Positions 58,213 to 64,000 of a stretch of DNA of 64,000 nucleotides are shown piece by piece. How positions within the stretch are numbered: position 1 is the stretch's first letter; the number at the start of each line of letters is the position of its first letter. The stretch spans positions 64,001 to 128,000 of the forward strand of contig CBDBZY010000051.1 of assembly GCA_965213685.1 (NCBI GenBank). The letters are read 5' to 3'. This DNA is from a bacterium. Lineage in GTDB: Bacteria; UBA8248. The notes below the pieces were generated by a model. That model was not told the DNA's origin, made no database searches, and saw nothing but the letters and a program-made list of their open reading frames with translations. Position numbers and translations under genes: made by a program.

Positions 58213-60860
58213 ATGCTTGGAAGAGTTGCCCTGAGACCAGGATGCCGTGTGAAGAGGCTCTCCTCTGGCCTCCGCAGGCCCAGGCCTGAACAACCCAGCC
58301 AGCTGCCATACTGGCGTCCCAGAGTGGGGCCCTGGGTGGGCCATAGCCCAGTCAGTACTGCATCCTTTACCCGGAACATTGCCCAGCGAACTGTCAGCTA
58401 CTTTGAGCGGTACCCATTCGTGAAGTACTCCATTCTGCTGTGTGTGACGGTGCTCGGGGCCAGCATGGCCGTGGAGAGCTATGCCAAGCACAAGAAGAAG
58501 CAGCAGCCACAGATCCTGTCCCTCCCTCCTCAGGTGGGGCACGCCACGCTGCCAAGGCCAGCTGAGGTGGACACACTTTGGAAGAGAGTGAGACGTTTGC
58601 AGAAAAGGGGCCTGGGGGTGCTGTACATTGTGGGGCCATCTGGTGCAGGCAAAACTGAGCTGGTCTGTCAGTACGGCAAGCACTTCATTGAGCAGACACT
58701 AAACATCACTCATCGCTTCAGAATCTCCAAGCCGCCCGTGCTGTACCTGAATGGGTCATCATGTGAGCAGCTTCAGAACAGCCTGCAGGAGGCAGCTCTG
58801 AGCCTGGGTATGCAGGAGAGTAGCCTTCAGCCGCAGGGCAGGGAGGGGGAGGAGCTGCTCCCCCTAGCCAGAGCTGTGCAGCAGAAGCTGGCAGCTAACA
58901 AAGTGCCATGGCTGATTGTGGTGGACCACCTGACCCCCGTGACCCAGCCTGCGTTTGTGACCCTGTTCCATGCAGGAGCAGTGAAGTGGAACTGGAGTAT
59001 GGGACATGTGGTGGTGACCACACAAGATGCAGCTCCTGAGGAAGGGGGAGAGTGTGTGGTGCACATTGACAGAATGTGAGTGTTTAGTCATCTTTCACTG
59101 TTGCTTCTGTCCAACACTCTCCCTCATCATCCACCCTCCCTCGTTCTCACAGGCTCAAACCAACAGACTCATTGTCACTGCTACGAAAGATAAGTCCCTC
59201 CACAGACTTCCCAGAAGCCCCTCCAGCCAGTCTCTCTGTCCTCCTCCAGTCCTCTCCACTGGCTCTGGCTCTTGCAGCTGCCACCGTCAACCTGTTCTCG
59301 GCCAGCCTCGAGCGGGAGGCCCCCTCAGAGTCATGCCCACCAGCTCTGACAGAATACCTAGCAGTGCTGGAGGAGCAGCTAAGTGCCACGCCCACCCCTG
59401 ACGAGGTCTCTGCAGCCTGTCTCAGCCTATACCTGGAGGCTGCTGCCACCGAGCCTCGCATGTTGCACACCTTTGACCTCCTCGGTGCAGTGGATCCCAC
59501 TGGCCCTGTGCCTGCCGCCCTGGTCACGCGCCACCTGTCCTCGCCATTCTATGGCCTCCCTCCAGAGCCCCCCACACCTCCAGAGAGTGTGCAGGAGGAG
59601 CCATCCTTCCTCAGCCAGCTGAAGCAGCTGCTCCCATTTGGAAACAAGACTCCAACTCCTGCTCTGCCATCTCTGACCGATGGTCATGACCTGCTGCACT
59701 TCCTGAGGGACTGCCCCCTCATTGCCTTCAAGAAGTATTCGAAGGGTGAGTTTGAGTACCTGCAGGTCCACTCCACTGCGGCCGGAGACCTCTCTCAAGT
59801 GTTCCTGAAGAGAACAGTACCAAAAATGGAGCACGCTCACCTGGCAGAAGCAGAGGAGAAGTTCCACCGCACAGCCTGGTTCAAACAGTACCGCAAGTTT
59901 GATGCTGAGAAGTCACTCGGTCTCCACCACAGCTCCCTCCCCGGAGTGGCTGCTCCGGGGGTCCTCACTCGTGAGCAGTTCCTCAGTGGCTCTCTCACTG
60001 AGGCTGGCCAGCTGCAGTACTCCCAATACCTGCACCTCGTCTCCCACCGCCACCGAGTGCTCTCCTCCATCACCGCCCAGCTCAAGACTGTGGATGATGA
60101 CTTTGCCTCCACACAGTTCTGCAGGTACACCAGACACCACCTGAACCACCTTCTCCACTCTGGGACCCTCTCCAAATCGGACCATGCCATGTGCTCATAT
60201 GGCCTGGCCTTCATTGCCTCTGTCACGTCCTGTGACGCTGCCAGCACTCTTGCCCTCTACCGGTCAGTGCTGGAGGAGCAGAGGAGTGTCCTGGGACCGC
60301 AGCATCCTACGGTGGCCAGGACTCTGACCGACATGGCTGACCTGCTCTTCTCCCTGGGGGACACCACTGGTGCCCGGGACTTGCTTGAGTCGGCCCTGCA
60401 GCTGTACCGGAAGACTCCTCCCCAGGCCCGTGGGCCTGACCACGACCTGGAGCTGGGCCTGACGATGTCATCTTTGGCTGTTGTGGCCAGCGCTCTGGGG
60501 GAGAAGGTGCGCAGCAGAGACCTGCTGGAGAATGCTCTCAGCCTCTACCAGTCAGTACCAGCCGGGGAGACAGTCTCCCTCCACCAGCGCCGGCTAGTGG
60601 CCAGTACCCTGACCGACCTGGCCCACGCCTACCTCACATTGGGGAGCCTCATCATGGCCCAGAAGTACATTGAGCTCTCAGTAATGGCCCAGCCAACAAT
60701 CTACCCGGAGGGAAGTCAGGAGACAGTGAGGGCATTCTCGGTGGCCAGCCTGGTCTACTCTCTTCTGGGAGACCAGGGCGAGAGCCGGCGGGTGAGGGAT
60801 GAGGCCGGCAAGGTCCAGAAAAAGATTGAGAAAGAAGCAAGTGTTCATGTAGTCAGCTAG
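58213..60860 (+). CDS. STAND/NB-ARC-like P-loop NTPase with C-terminal TPRs, N-terminal basic presequence and TM helix (exons 58213-59075 and 59153-60860; 856 aa)
   Basis: Walker A GPSGAGKT, Walker B WLIVVD, VVVTT, PLALALAA; TPRs such as VLGPQHPTVARTLTDMADLLFSLGD. Confidence 0.85.
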
Positions 60861-61042
60861 TGCCCGCCATTGGACTGTCAGTGCATTTACATAGTACAAT
60901 GTCATAACTGTTGTGTACAGTGAATGGTATGTGTAAGAGTGTGCCACAGGAAATAGAACACTATTCATTTTCTTATGACGTAAGAGAACTGTCCTGGCGC
61001 ATGGAGCCATGGTCTGGTGTGGTGTGCAGGGCAGTGGCTGTG

Positions 61043-62063
<1,021 letters not shown>

Positions 62064-62172
62064 TATGCTTTGCTCTAATTTGAGCTCACCAAAACAACAG
62101 TGTTAATTGATTCCTATTAGCGCTCATCGTTGGAGGACGAGTCGTACTGAGCACAGGTAACACGCAGCGAAG

Positions 62173-64000
<1,828 letters not shown>

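Overview
This is gene-dense, intron-rich animal nuclear DNA, not prokaryotic. Short introns, (CA)n/(GA)n microsatellites, a TGF-beta pair and the repeat content suggest a non-bilaterian such as a demosponge (inference). About 21 protein-coding genes were reconstructed by hand from splice sites. In order they are: PRPF8 (3' end runs off the window), serine dehydratase, SBDS, MOCS3, FBXW8, TIMM10B-like, CDK2AP-like, PPM1E/F-like, ATP6V0B, UXT, two tandem TGF-beta ligands, DNTTIP1-like, ARMC5-like, a TBK1/ULK-like kinase, a WSCD-family sulfotransferase, LIS1, a small twin-Cys-motif protein, a STAND NTPase-TPR protein, a MacroD-like protein and a PEX6-like gene (runs off the window). Most sit in nine head-to-head pairs. 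The most interesting observation is that the kinase splices in frame through a ubiquitin-like domain, a helical scaffold and a coiled coil into an apparent FIP200/Atg11 Claw domain, i.e. a candidate single-chain autophagy initiator, with a double E-box palindrome upstream. Other highlights are: an apparently bicistronic unit of a small Cys-hairpin protein and a mitochondrially targeted STAND-TPR protein; TGF-beta ligands carrying latent-complex hallmarks; two U12-type and two GC-AG introns in MOCS3; and several small transposon-like elements. All homology calls are by motif recognition from memory. No database searches were run.
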